Shown here piece after piece: positions 21,722-31,287 of a stretch of DNA of 64,000 bases. The notes under the pieces were generated by a model that saw only the letters and a program-made list of their open reading frames with translations, did no database searches and was not told the origin of the DNA. A program made the translations under genes and the position numbers. The stretch comes from an uncultured Candidatus Saccharibacteria bacterium. Its GTDB lineage: Bacteria > Patescibacteriota > Saccharimonadia > Saccharimonadales > JALRHH01. Where the stretch lies: positions 52,784-116,783 of the forward strand of contig CAZXDT010000001.1 of the NCBI GenBank assembly GCA_964639295.1, in the 5' to 3' direction. Position 1 is the stretch's first letter; each line of letters begins with the position of its first letter.

Positions 21722-22587
21722 TACTTCATTGCCTCCACACCGCCCGAGATTTCGGCGAGTTCCTGGGTAATCGCCGCTTGACGGACTTTGTTCATTTCTA
21801 GCGTTAGGTCATCAATTAAGTCACCAGCGTTGTCCGTAGCGTTCTTCATAGCAATCATACGCATACTGTGTTCGGATGCTACAGAATCAAGGTAAGCTTG
21901 GAATAATTGCACTTCGATCAGGCGGTGAGTTGTAGCTTCTAGCACTTCCTCTGGAGATGGTTCAAATGATGCCTGCGATACAGCTTCACTTACAGCAGTT
22001 TCTTGGAAACCAGCAGGCAAGAGCTGCTTAGTGGCTGCAACCTGTGTCAAACTGTTCTGGTATTCTGTATAAATAACTTCTACGGCGTCAACTTCGCCTT
22101 CAACAAACTGATCAATCAGTGTAGTGATAATTGGACGAAGGTCATTTTGTGTCGGACGTTCTGGAAAACCTTCGTAAACACCAAGGACATCGGCACCTTT
22201 GATACGACTGACAAATTGGCTGGCTTTGCGGCCTACACAGATAGTCTTAGTCTTAATACCTTTGGCAGTATCAATCTTGAGCCGTCCTGTGTAGCGCTTC
22301 AAGGCGTTTGCGTTATATGCGCCCGCTAGACCTTTATCACTTGTAATAAGTATGACCAAGCGCGCCTTGGTTGGACGTTCTATGTACAAATGGTGCATCT
22401 TTGTATCTGGCAGGGAACGAAGGTGTGTCAATAGTTCGCGAGCAGCGTCACTAAAGAGCTGTACTTGGTTAGCAACTTCTTGTGCGCGGCGCATTTTACT
22501 AGCCGCGACTAATTGCATTGCCTTGGTAATCTGGCGAGTACCCTTAACAGACTTTACGCGTGATTTAAGTTGCCTAGTAGATGCCAT
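21721..22587 (-). CDS. atpG: F-type ATP synthase gamma subunit
   Basis: Typical gamma N- and C-terminal helices (..ITQELAEISGG..). Confidence 0.9.
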
Positions 22588-22594
22588 GAGTTAC

Positions 22595-24118
22595 TTAGAA
22601 ACCCTTTGCTACCTTGGTTGCGGTCTTTTTGACGAGTTCTAAGGTTTTGTCAGATGGCTTATCGCCCTTGTTGAGTTCTGCCATTTCCTTTTTAGCTACG
22701 TCAGCAAGTTCAGTCAAAAGTGCAGATTGTGCGTCTTTGATCTTTTCTACAGGAACAGTGTCCAGAATGCCTTCGTTAGCAGCAATCAGGCTAACTGTCT
22801 GTTCCCAAACACTGAGTGGCTGGTATTGGTGCTGCTTAAGCAGTTCAGTTAAGCGCTGGCCACGAGCAATCGTGTTCTTAGTTTCTTCATCAAGATCAGA
22901 GCCAAACTGTGCAAAGGCTGCAAGTTCGCGGAACTGAGCCAGGTTAAGACGAAGCGTACCTGATACACCCTTAACGGCTTTAGTCTGCGCAGAACCACCA
23001 ACACGTGACACAGACAAACCAACAGAGATAGCCGGACGGATACCCTGATAGAACAAGTCGGTTTCAAGGAAGATCTGACCATCGGTAATAGAGATTACGT
23101 TAGTTGGGATGTATGCAGAGATGTCTCCAGCCTGGGTCTCAATGATAGGCAAGGCAGTCAATGAACCAGCACCAAGATCATCAGAAAGTTTTGCAGCACG
23201 CTCAAGTAAGCGTGAGTGCAAGTAGAAAACGTCACCAGGGTAGGCTTCGCGGCCCGGTGGACGGCGGAGTAGTAGTGACATCTGGCGGTAAGCAGCAGCG
23301 TGCTTACTGAGGTCGTCATGGATAATCAGTGCGTGACCCTTGTTGTCACGGAAGTACTCACCCATAGCTGTTCCAGTGTATGGGGCAAGGTAGAGGAGTG
23401 ATGCTGGATCAGATGGACTCGTAGCAATTACGATCGTCTGTTCCATAACGCCTTCTTCTTTGAGGCGCTCAACAAGTCGGGCAACCTTAGAAGATTTCTG
23501 ACCAATAGCCACGTAGACGTTGATAACACCAGTCTTCTGTTTAGCCTGGTTGATCATAGTGTCGATGGTAATAGCAGTTTTACCAGTCTGGCGGTCACCA
23601 ATGATAAGTTCACGCTGACCACGGCCGATTGGCACCATAGTGTCAATTGCCATCAAACCAGTCATGAGTGGCTCATGGACTGACTTACGGTCTTTTACAC
23701 CTGGAGCTGGACGTTCAACGAGACCATTTTGCTTAGCATTGATTGGACCCTGGCCATCGAGCGGGCGGCCGAGTGGGTCAACAACACGACCAAGTAGTTC
23801 TGGACCAACAGGCACTTCCAGAACTTTACCAGTCAATGTTACTTTAGCGCCGGCACCTACAAGGCTGTCTTCGCCAAGTAGTACTGCACCAATTTCATCT
23901 TCCATAAGGTTAAGTGCAAAGGCCTCGACAGCAGAGCCGTCAGTTCCTTCAATTGTTACAACCTGGTTGAACCCACAGTCTTCTAGACCGTAAATCCACG
24001 CCACGCCGTCACCAACACGAGTAACGATGCCGCTACTCTGCAGACTGCCGCTCACACGAAGATCAGCGATAGCTGACTGGAGGTCACGGGACAGTTCTTT
24101 TACATTCAATTCAGCCAC
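22595..24118 (-). CDS. atpA: F-type ATP synthase alpha subunit
   Basis: Walker A GDRQTGKT; alpha signature. Confidence 0.95.
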   Translation of the reverse strand: MAELNVKELSRDLQSAIADLRVSGSLQSSGIVTRVGDGVAWIYGLEDCGFNQVVTIEGTDGSAVEAFALNLMEDEIGAVLLGEDSLVGAGAKVTLTGKVLEVPVGPELLGRVVDPLGRPLDGQGPINAKQNGLVERPAPGVKDRKSVHEPLMTGLMAIDTMVPIGRGQRELIIGDRQTGKTAITIDTMINQAKQKTGVINVYVAIGQKSSKVARLVERLKEEGVMEQTIVIATSPSDPASLLYLAPYTGTAMGEYFRDNKGHALIIHDDLSKHAAAYRQMSLLLRRPPGREAYPGDVFYLHSRLLERAAKLSDDLGAGSLTALPIIETQAGDISAYIPTNVISITDGQIFLETDLFYQGIRPAISVGLSVSRVGGSAQTKAVKGVSGTLRLNLAQFRELAAFAQFGSDLDEETKNTIARGQRLTELLKQHQYQPLSVWEQTVSLIAANEGILDTVPVEKIKDAQSALLTELADVAKKEMAELNKGDKPSDKTLELVKKTATKVAKGF

Positions 24119-24122
24119 TAAA

Positions 24123-24509
24123 TTAACTCCTTAATGCATTCAATTGCTTACGAACAGTCGTATCAAGTTCGGCACTTGGGGTGCGGATAATAACTCCGCC
24201 GAGCAGGCTAGGGTCAACGCTCGTACTGACCTCAACCTGTTTTGCCCCTTCAGCTTCTGTAACAAACTGTTCAATGTTTTTAATAAGTCCTGCGGACAGT
24301 TCACGTGCACTCATAACCTTAGTTAGCACCACACCGTGCTCGCGTGCTAGAACCGCTTCGATATCACGAACAAGCAACGCAACCTGGTTGGTTTGCTTAC
24401 GGTCAATCAAATAACCAGCCACTTGCTTGAGCAGGGACTTTGCGTCCGTGCCTTTGGCGAGTTCTTTGGCAACATATGTTGCGAGTTTACGACGGGTGAG
24501 TGTCTGCAT
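24123..24509 (-). CDS. atpH: F-type ATP synthase delta (OSCP) subunit, unusually short (128 aa)
   Basis: C-terminal [15 protein letters not shown] delta motif. Sits between atpF and atpA. Confidence 0.7.
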   Translation of the reverse strand: MQTLTRRKLATYVAKELAKGTDAKSLLKQVAGYLIDRKQTNQVALLVRDIEAVLAREHGVVLTKVMSARELSAGLIKNIEQFVTEAEGAKQVEVSTSVDPSLLGGVIIRTPSAELDTTVRKQLNALRS

Positions 24510-24510
24510 G

Positions 24511-25083
24511 TTATTTCGCGCCCTTCAGTGCTTGCTCAATAAGCTTTTCGTCAGCTGCACCGGTGAGCTTCTGCCCAATGATTTTCTCGGTTGCTTCTGC
24601 CACAAGTGTCTTTGTTTCCTTCTGGAGTGTTGCACGTGCCTTTAAGATTTCACCGTCAAGTTGTGCCTTAGCCTCAGACACGATGTGCTCGGCTTTCTTA
24701 GTGGCTTTGTTTTCGGCTTCTTCTACCATGGCAACGGCTTCTTTGTGAGCTATAGCCACAATATCCGCTGATTCCGCACGGGCTTCCTTGAGAAGCTTGT
24801 CGATTTGCTCTTGAGCCTCTGTGGACTTGTTTTCTGCTTCCTTGGCAGCCTCAAGACTACGCTCAATGGTTGCTTGTCGCTCATCAATAGCCTTGATAAG
24901 TACAGGGAAAACCCACTTAGCAAGAGCTATAACTAATAGTCCAAATGCAATTGTCTGGAAAATCAGCTGCTTAACATCAATACCCAAGGTATCAAACGCA
25001 GATACTTTTTCGGCAGTCTTTGCAGCTGCTTCGTGAGAAGCCTCTGAAAATCTGGTTAGTGTTACTAATTGAGGAATCCCCAT
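24511..25083 (-). CDS. atpF: F-type ATP synthase b subunit
   Basis: N-terminal TM then a long charged coiled coil. Confidence 0.8.
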   Translation of the reverse strand: MGIPQLVTLTRFSEASHEAAAKTAEKVSAFDTLGIDVKQLIFQTIAFGLLVIALAKWVFPVLIKAIDERQATIERSLEAAKEAENKSTEAQEQIDKLLKEARAESADIVAIAHKEAVAMVEEAENKATKKAEHIVSEAKAQLDGEILKARATLQKETKTLVAEATEKIIGQKLTGAADEKLIEQALKGAK

Positions 25084-25085
25084 TA

Positions 25086-25283
25086 TTAACCCTTAGCCAA
25101 GAACCCAACGATGATACCAATAATAGCTAGTGAGTCAGCAAATACGATTGCTGTAATCATAAGTGTACGGATCTCGCTCAACTTTTCTGGGTTACGGCCC
25201 AAAGCACTCAAAGCACCATTACCGATCAAACCAATTCCAATTGCTGCACCAAGTGCTGGAAGGGCATATGCCATTGCATCCAT
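25086..25283 (-). CDS. atpE: F-type ATP synthase c subunit
   Basis: Two-helix hairpin with GLIGNGALSALGRNPE loop; 65 aa. Confidence 0.85.
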   Translation of the reverse strand: MDAMAYALPALGAAIGIGLIGNGALSALGRNPEKLSEIRTLMITAIVFADSLAIIGIIVGFLAKG

Positions 25284-25330
25284 TTTATAAACCTTTCTTT
25301 ACTTATTATTCTCTGTTACACGGTACCATT

Positions 25331-26158
25331 TCATTGCAACTCCTGGGCAACTTTAGTCTCAGGGGAAGAATGGTCGTGGTCGTGGTCACCGCCGTGCGAC
25401 ATAACCGCCAGCGATGTAAAAATTAAGGTAAGCATATAGAAAACATATGCCTGGATAAATCCAATAAACAACTCAAATGCCATAAAGAACGGCAGACTCA
25501 GACTGGCTAAGTAGCCACTCATAACAGCGACGATCAAAAGAAGTACTTCACCGGCAAAGGCATTACCGAACAATCGGAAACTCAGCGCCACAAGTCGTGA
25601 GAACTCACCAATGATTTCTAGGAAACCTTCAAAGGCACCAAGTGGATCCTTGAGGGGGTTCTTGATATAACGGCCGATGTTGCCAAAAAATCCATGGACC
25701 TTAATAGCGTAGAACTGAGCGGCCACCATACTAATTATTGCCAGCGCCAAGGTAAAGTTCAGGTCAGTAGGCAGGCCACGTAGCAGGGCGCCTTCGCCCC
25801 ACTTAACACTCTCGCCGACACCCGGCAGAATACTAATCCAGTAGGTAAAAAGCACCGTGAAGAAAATACCGAGCGCAAGCGGCGCAATGCTTCGTGCGAC
25901 CCGCGGGTCGGGCACAATTTCATAACAAGTCTTGTAGAAGCCCTCGAACATCCACTGAATAAGTCCAACAAAACGATTGTACTTGTTAGCACGGATCATA
26001 CGGATTACATACCAGAACACCACGAGCATGACAGATATACCAAGACCACCAAGAAGCATGGTATTTGTAACCGGCATAGGGCCAATGTTAAAAATATGCT
26101 GCGTTGGCAAACTAACGTGTAGGTCTTCTACGGCTAATTGTTGTAGAGCTGGTTGCAT
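25331..26158 (-). CDS. atpB: F-type ATP synthase a subunit with a His/Asp-rich C-terminal tail
   Basis: Multi-TM protein with conserved R in the penultimate helix region. Tail HGGDHDHDHSSPE. Confidence 0.85.
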   Translation of the reverse strand: MQPALQQLAVEDLHVSLPTQHIFNIGPMPVTNTMLLGGLGISVMLVVFWYVIRMIRANKYNRFVGLIQWMFEGFYKTCYEIVPDPRVARSIAPLALGIFFTVLFTYWISILPGVGESVKWGEGALLRGLPTDLNFTLALAIISMVAAQFYAIKVHGFFGNIGRYIKNPLKDPLGAFEGFLEIIGEFSRLVALSFRLFGNAFAGEVLLLIVAVMSGYLASLSLPFFMAFELFIGFIQAYVFYMLTLIFTSLAVMSHGGDHDHDHSSPETKVAQELQ

Positions 26159-26173
26159 GAAGCGGTTGTACCC

Positions 26174-26464
26174 TTAGGAATTTCTTTTTAATTGTGATCT
26201 TATGAGTGCCCAGGCGATAAGCGCACCAATTGACGCACCCACTAGCATCAGTAATGGTTTAGTGCCCGTATGAGCATCCATGTATCTGCCAGCGAGTAGC
26301 AGGCCAACTATCGGTACAAACATCCGCCAGGTTGTGTCCGCCATATCGCGTAGCAATACGGCAATGGTGTTTTTACCATGACCTAACTGGGGTACAGGAT
26401 CCGATTCTGGAGGCTGCCTCATTACTAGGCCAATTGTAGCAGTTTGCACCCTTGGTGTAAACAA
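26174..26464 (-). CDS. Small membrane protein, possible AtpZ/AtpI-like ATP synthase-associated protein
   Basis: Two TM helices; lies directly upstream of atpB in the operon. Confidence 0.4.
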   Translation of the reverse strand: MFTPRVQTATIGLVMRQPPESDPVPQLGHGKNTIAVLLRDMADTTWRMFVPIVGLLLAGRYMDAHTGTKPLLMLVGASIGALIAWALIRSQLKRNS

Positions 26465-26467
26465 TCT

Positions 26468-27169
26468 CTAGTGTTCTTCTGAAGGTATACCAACGGCTTG
26501 TTTAAGCTTTTTCCAGAATGTTAGTTCGTGACCGCCGCTACAGGCCGCAGGGTCTTTAGTGACGTTAGCTTTGTGAGCGTCGCGAGGAATGGCATTGTAG
26601 CGCTGTTTTAGAGTTGCGTCCGTATCTTTGCCATAGTTAATCAACAAGACGTCTTCACTCTGTATGACCTTATTGGCAATATTCGTAACAGGCTCGCCAT
26701 TAAGTGTAAATGTCAGTTTATTACCATCAGCACCATCGACATACACGCCTTTAGCCGTCTGTATTAGTGTGTCACCAAGTGCATAGTCCAAATTATCAAA
26801 GAAAGCTCCCCACGTTACCGCATGTGCATGTACATGAATCAGGTGACTGTTATTGTCGTGCATGTGGGTGCGGACCTTGGGATTATCGAGCTGGTGGCTA
26901 TCACAGCTAGCAACTTCTTCATAGTAAGCAAAGCTCTTAAAAGGGTCTTCTTGACCGTTAACATACAGTGAAAAATTAGCATGATAGTGAACGGTTGTAT
27001 CTTTGATCAAAGCAAAGCGTACTGCAGTCGTAACCGCAAATGATACTAAAATGCCAACAACAAAAATTAGTAGATGTCTGTGGAACTTAGATAGTTTTTT
27101 TGATGATTTCTTGGGTTTGTCCTCGTTTGTAATATCGCTCATAAGACCATTGTACCAGCAATAAACCAA
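26468..27169 (-). CDS. Membrane-anchored His-rich hypothetical protein
   Basis: One N-terminal TM. His cluster HMHDNNSHLIHVHAHA; C-terminal CSGGHE. Confidence 0.45.
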   Translation of the reverse strand: MVYCWYNGLMSDITNEDKPKKSSKKLSKFHRHLLIFVVGILVSFAVTTAVRFALIKDTTVHYHANFSLYVNGQEDPFKSFAYYEEVASCDSHQLDNPKVRTHMHDNNSHLIHVHAHAVTWGAFFDNLDYALGDTLIQTAKGVYVDGADGNKLTFTLNGEPVTNIANKVIQSEDVLLINYGKDTDATLKQRYNAIPRDAHKANVTKDPAACSGGHELTFWKKLKQAVGIPSEEH

Positions 27170-27184
27170 TGCTATACTTTGTAT

Positions 27185-27418
27185 ATGATCATTGTATATT
27201 CAGCAGACTGGTGTGCATTCTGCCACGCAGCAAAAAACTACTTCGACAAACTTGGTGTTACATACGAGGACCGCAACGTAGAACACGACCGCAAGTTCAT
27301 GGAAGAATCTGTGAAGAAATCTGGTCAGATGGGCATCCCCGTTATCGATATCGACGGCGAAATCATCATTGGATTCGACAAGCCACGCATTGACGCTGCA
27401 CTTGCAAAAGCTAAATAA
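27185..27418 (+). CDS. NrdH-like glutaredoxin
   Basis: MIIVYSADWCAFC (CxxC) thioredoxin-fold start. -10-like TATACT sits 7 nt upstream of the ATG. Confidence 0.7.
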   Translation: MIIVYSADWCAFCHAAKNYFDKLGVTYEDRNVEHDRKFMEESVKKSGQMGIPVIDIDGEIIIGFDKPRIDAALAKAK

Positions 27419-27440
27419 TCCTCTTAACCCCGTTACTCAT

Positions 27441-27449
27441 CTGTTATAA
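27441..27449 (+). promoter_or_regulatory. Extended -10 promoter element TGtTATAAT
   Basis: TGTTATAAT lies 29 nt upstream of a GTG start (27478) preceded by a GAGGA RBS. Confidence 0.4.
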
Positions 27450-27477
27450 TTAGTGCAGGTAAACGAGGATCGTATCG

Positions 27478-28046
27478 TGGCCAAACAAGACGAGGAATAC
27501 ACATCACAACCTCTATTTGATGAGATTGATCCATGGAGCCGGAACCTCAAGACCGACTTCTACACATTCTTATCAAATAACCCTCCTGCGGGGGGTAGTG
27601 GCGAGTATGGGCCAAGTGCCTTGTTCGATGGATTCTACGACCGCGGCTTACACGAACGTCCAATTCTTCACTTTGTCATTGGTAGACTAGGTCAACACAG
27701 TCTTGATCTTGTAGAGCGAGACGCATCGCTCGCTGCAAACAAGCAAGTTACAGCAATTGAGATTCCTGAATTGATTATCAAATCCCTCAAACGCGTCCGA
27801 CCCGCTGGGGAATGGACAACTGACGAGAAACAGAGAAACCTTCGCAAATCCTTACTTGCTGACGGGCTACTTGGTCACACTAACTATCCGATTGTTGCAG
27901 GAGCATTTCAATTAAGTGAAGTACTCGCATTAGACGGACATGAAGATTACGCACTTGATACCATCGCCGCAACCGCTAAGTGGCTGCAGCGCGTAGATGA
28001 CATCAAAGCAAGAACCCCTATCAATACTGGAGACCCAGCTGCCTAA
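27478..28046 (+). CDS. Hypothetical protein
   Basis: GTG start with RBS. First gene of an apparent four-gene plus-strand unit. Confidence 0.45.
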
Positions 28047-28066
28047 CTGCGGTACAATAAGGCCAT

Positions 28067-28636
28067 ATGGCGTTTGAAGATTACAAGACTAAAGAATCGA
28101 TTGTTATCGTCTATACCGGCGATAGTAAAGGCAAGACCAGCGCCAGCATTGGTCTGATGGCTCGTGCCTTGGGCAACCGCTGGAAGGTAGCCTACATTCA
28201 ATTTATTAAGTATTGGGGAGTGGGTGAACACGTCTTTATCCGTGACATCATGTCGGTTTACGATGACCAATTGTTCTTTTTTAAGGGTGGTAAGGGCTTC
28301 TACAACGCAGGTGACCTAAGCGAACAACATGTTACGGAGGAGCAACACAAAGCTGCCGCGCTTGAAACGTACCAAACTGCTCTGGAATGCGCCACAAGTG
28401 GTAATTACGAACTCGTGATTTGTGATGAGATAAATAACGCTGTTCACGACGGCTTAATAACCGAGGATCAACTACAAACCCTCCTAGACACACGTAGTCC
28501 TAAAACAAGCCTGTGTTTTACTGGCCGTAACTTCCCAAAGAAGTTCCTGGATAGAGTAGACATCGCCACTGATATGACTAAGATAAAACACCACTTCGAT
28601 GACAAATTCTTAGCCAACAAAGGGATAGATTTCTAA
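28067..28636 (+). CDS. CobA/BtuR-family P-loop protein (cob(I)yrinic acid a,c-diamide adenosyltransferase-like)
   Basis: IVYTGDSKGKTSASIGLMARALG..VAYIQFIK matches the BtuR/CobA/CobO N-terminus. Confidence 0.6.
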   Translation: MAFEDYKTKESIVIVYTGDSKGKTSASIGLMARALGNRWKVAYIQFIKYWGVGEHVFIRDIMSVYDDQLFFFKGGKGFYNAGDLSEQHVTEEQHKAAALETYQTALECATSGNYELVICDEINNAVHDGLITEDQLQTLLDTRSPKTSLCFTGRNFPKKFLDRVDIATDMTKIKHHFDDKFLANKGIDF

Positions 28637-28851
28637 TGAACTACGGGGGCGAGCAGATCCCTCAGCCTCATCTCGTTCCGTTTGAGTTCCAGCGTGCTAA
28701 ATGGCTACAAACTATTTACAACGTTCCGCCAGAACAAGCAGTCCCCCAATTTGAAAAGAAGATTACGACCAGCTGTTCGCTTTTATGGAGGCTACTGAGC
28801 AAATGGAACAAAGGCTTGACATGCTACCCACCCAAAAGCCTTTGTTTTTAA
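28636..28851 (+). CDS. Small ORF coupled (TAATG) to the CobA-like gene
   Basis: Start overlaps the upstream stop; overlaps the next ORF by 67 nt in the -1 frame. Confidence 0.3.
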   Translation: MNYGGEQIPQPHLVPFEFQRAKWLQTIYNVPPEQAVPQFEKKITTSCSLLWRLLSKWNKGLTCYPPKSLCF

Positions 28852-29144
28852 GTGACCAATGGGAGCAACAACAAGAAAGTATCAAAAGATCCATACTAGA
28901 CAGCAAGGCAGAACTCCACGATATTATTCTTAAGATTCAAGGAATACCAGTTCAAATAAGCTTCGAAGATGGGCAACTTGCCAAAGGTAGAGTTGTCATG
29001 CGCAAGGAAGGCCTCGAGAGCGATCAGTGGGAATTACTTTTTAAGTCTACTCCCGACGATGACGGCAGAGAAATACGCCAGACTACGAGACAACTCCGCG
29101 ATAGCTTTCTTGCAAGCGCACTCGACCAACCTACTTCCGAGTAA
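28785..29144 (+). CDS. Hypothetical protein (may be the C-terminal part of a frameshifted gene begun by the 28636 ORF)
   Basis: Acidic 119-aa ORF; no independent RBS. Confidence 0.35.
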   Translation: MEATEQMEQRLDMLPTQKPLFLSDQWEQQQESIKRSILDSKAELHDIILKIQGIPVQISFEDGQLAKGRVVMRKEGLESDQWELLFKSTPDDDGREIRQTTRQLRDSFLASALDQPTSE

Positions 29145-29934
29145 ACAACCTAATCCGAAGTTCATGTAGCCATTTAAACGGATACAGAAGGGGTGTCAAA
29201 ATATAGAGTAATGCCGCGCCAAACCAACCGGTAACCCACATGGGATTGTGGTGGACTCGATACGTTTGAGGCCACAACATCAATACGCCCCATAGCTTAT
29301 CGTGATCCTGGAATACGCGGCGCAACATAGTAGTCACATGTATGGACGGGTCATATCTGATCTTGTAGCCCAACTGATGAACGTGAATGGCTAGGTCGAC
29401 ATCCTCGTGGATATCAGTACGGGTACACACTTTGTTCTGTACTGCTTCCCACATCTCTTTCGGGAAAGCCATGTTCGAGCCATATAAAAAGTGATGCCCA
29501 AGAGCCAGGCGATTTATCCTAAATGCCAAGAAGTCGAACGCCACGCGTGACACCTTAGGAAATGGCGTATTATAGTAGCCCCCGCTCCCGGTTAGGGCAG
29601 TTGACATGCGCTTCTTGTCTGTATAAAAATTAGTCATTAATTCCACCCAGTTTGGAGGGATAATTGTATCTGCATCGATACGTCCAAATAGTGGACCTTT
29701 TGCGCTTTCAAAGCCTTTGGTGCGGGCATAGACAATCCCTTGTTTTTTCTCTGAAACAACACGGACAAATGGATAGGACTGTGCGAGTTTTTTGGTGCCG
29801 TCGGTAGAGTTGTTATCGACGACTATCACTTCAAGTGGCATGATGGTTTGAAGAGCGACAGAATCAAGGCAAGCTGCAAGGTGTTTTTCTTCGTTGTAAG
29901 CTGGTATAATCAGCGATAAAGCTAATGGTTTATT
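29131..29934 (-). CDS. Glycosyltransferase family 2
   Basis: IPAYNEEKHL..VIVVDNNSTDGT (GT-A DxD-type N-terminus). Start set at MNKPLALS. Confidence 0.8.
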   Translation of the reverse strand, partial: NKPLALSLIIPAYNEEKHLAACLDSVALQTIMPLEVIVVDNNSTDGTKKLAQSYPFVRVVSEKKQGIVYARTKGFESAKGPLFGRIDADTIIPPNWVELMTNFYTDKKRMSTALTGSGGYYNTPFPKVSRVAFDFLAFRINRLALGHHFLYGSNMAFPKEMWEAVQNKVCTRTDIHEDVDLAIHVHQLGYKIRYDPSIHVTTMLRRVFQDHDKLWGVLMLWPQTYRVHHNPMWVTGWFGAALLYILTPLLYPFKWLHELRIRLFTRK

Positions 29935-29964
29935 CATGAACTCTTTAAGATTAGCACAATAACC

Positions 29965-31104
29965 ATGCCTAAAACGAAACGCACCGTAACCCATTCACAC
30001 AAGACAACACTTTCAAAAATTTGGGGTGGGATTTTTTCATGGTTCAAAAAACTATGGAAGCGTAACCTTTGGAACAAGTTTCTAATCAGCCTTTCTGTCT
30101 TCCTCATTCTTATGGTTGGTGGCATGTATAGCATTGCGCAGTGGTACATATATAGCCATCGCAACGACCCAATGCAACTAGGTGTCACATTTATACCAAG
30201 CTACGCCAAATACCTCGGTGTTGATCCTAAGCAAACGTTTGAGGCTATTTTGACAGACCTACAGCCTACACAGGTCCGACTGGTTAGTTATTGGGACGAT
30301 ATTGAAAAGAAGCCTGGTGTATACGACTTTACAAACATTGACTGGCAGTTCCAAATGGCCCAGCAGCACAACACAAAGATAAGCCTGGCCATAGGACTCC
30401 GGCAGCCACGCTGGCCCGAATGTCACATGCCTAAATGGCAACTCGACCAACCTAAAGACGTTTGGTATCCAGAACTTAAGAAAGTCATGTCAGCCACAAT
30501 TGAACACTACAAAGACAATCCCCAGCTGCAGAGCTATCAGCTAGAAAATGAGTTCTTCCTGAGTGTATTTGGCGAATGCCCTGACTTTAGCCGTGACCGA
30601 TTGATCGACGAATATAACATGGTCAAACAACTAGATCCGCAACATCCTGTTATCGTCAGTCGTAGTAACAATGCTATTGGATTCCCGATAAACGAACCAA
30701 CACCTGATGAGTTTGGTGTATCTGTCTACAAGCGCGTTTGGGACAAGACTGTCACTAAGCGGTATGTCGAATACCCATTCCCAGCCTGGTTCTACGGCTT
30801 CCTAGCGGGTGGTGGCAAAATGATTACTGGTAAAGACATGATCGTTCATGAACTACAGGCAGAAGCCTGGGCACCAGACAATTACGATATAAAAACAGCC
30901 CCAACAAGTGAGCTGTATAAATCTATGAACCCAGAACGACTACACAACAGGTTTGAGTATGCAGAGGCCACTGGGATGAAACACATTGATCTCTGGGGCG
31001 TTGAATGGTGGTACTCGATGAAAATCGTTAGAGGCGACTCAGGACTTTGGAATGCTGCCCAACAAGAGTTCGAACAAGCCCGCCAAGACAACCTATCTCT
31101 ATAG
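29965..31104 (+). CDS. Membrane-anchored protein, possible TIM-barrel glycoside hydrolase
   Basis: N-terminal TM; YQLENEFF (NEx catalytic-like) motif. Weak. Confidence 0.4.
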   Translation: MPKTKRTVTHSHKTTLSKIWGGIFSWFKKLWKRNLWNKFLISLSVFLILMVGGMYSIAQWYIYSHRNDPMQLGVTFIPSYAKYLGVDPKQTFEAILTDLQPTQVRLVSYWDDIEKKPGVYDFTNIDWQFQMAQQHNTKISLAIGLRQPRWPECHMPKWQLDQPKDVWYPELKKVMSATIEHYKDNPQLQSYQLENEFFLSVFGECPDFSRDRLIDEYNMVKQLDPQHPVIVSRSNNAIGFPINEPTPDEFGVSVYKRVWDKTVTKRYVEYPFPAWFYGFLAGGGKMITGKDMIVHELQAEAWAPDNYDIKTAPTSELYKSMNPERLHNRFEYAEATGMKHIDLWGVEWWYSMKIVRGDSGLWNAAQQEFEQARQDNLSL

Positions 31105-31287
31105 GTTGAGACCTTGCTTGACTGCAAGTGTATTAGCAGCTGCGTTATCGCCCACTGTATGGCCGTTAGCACCATCGTTTGAATAGTTCACGAGAAGCAG
31201 GTTAGCATCATGTGCTGCAATGGAATCAAAGTCACTAAGTTGTGTCATCTGACTGCCTGCGACAGAACCAATCTCTTTAGAAGAATA

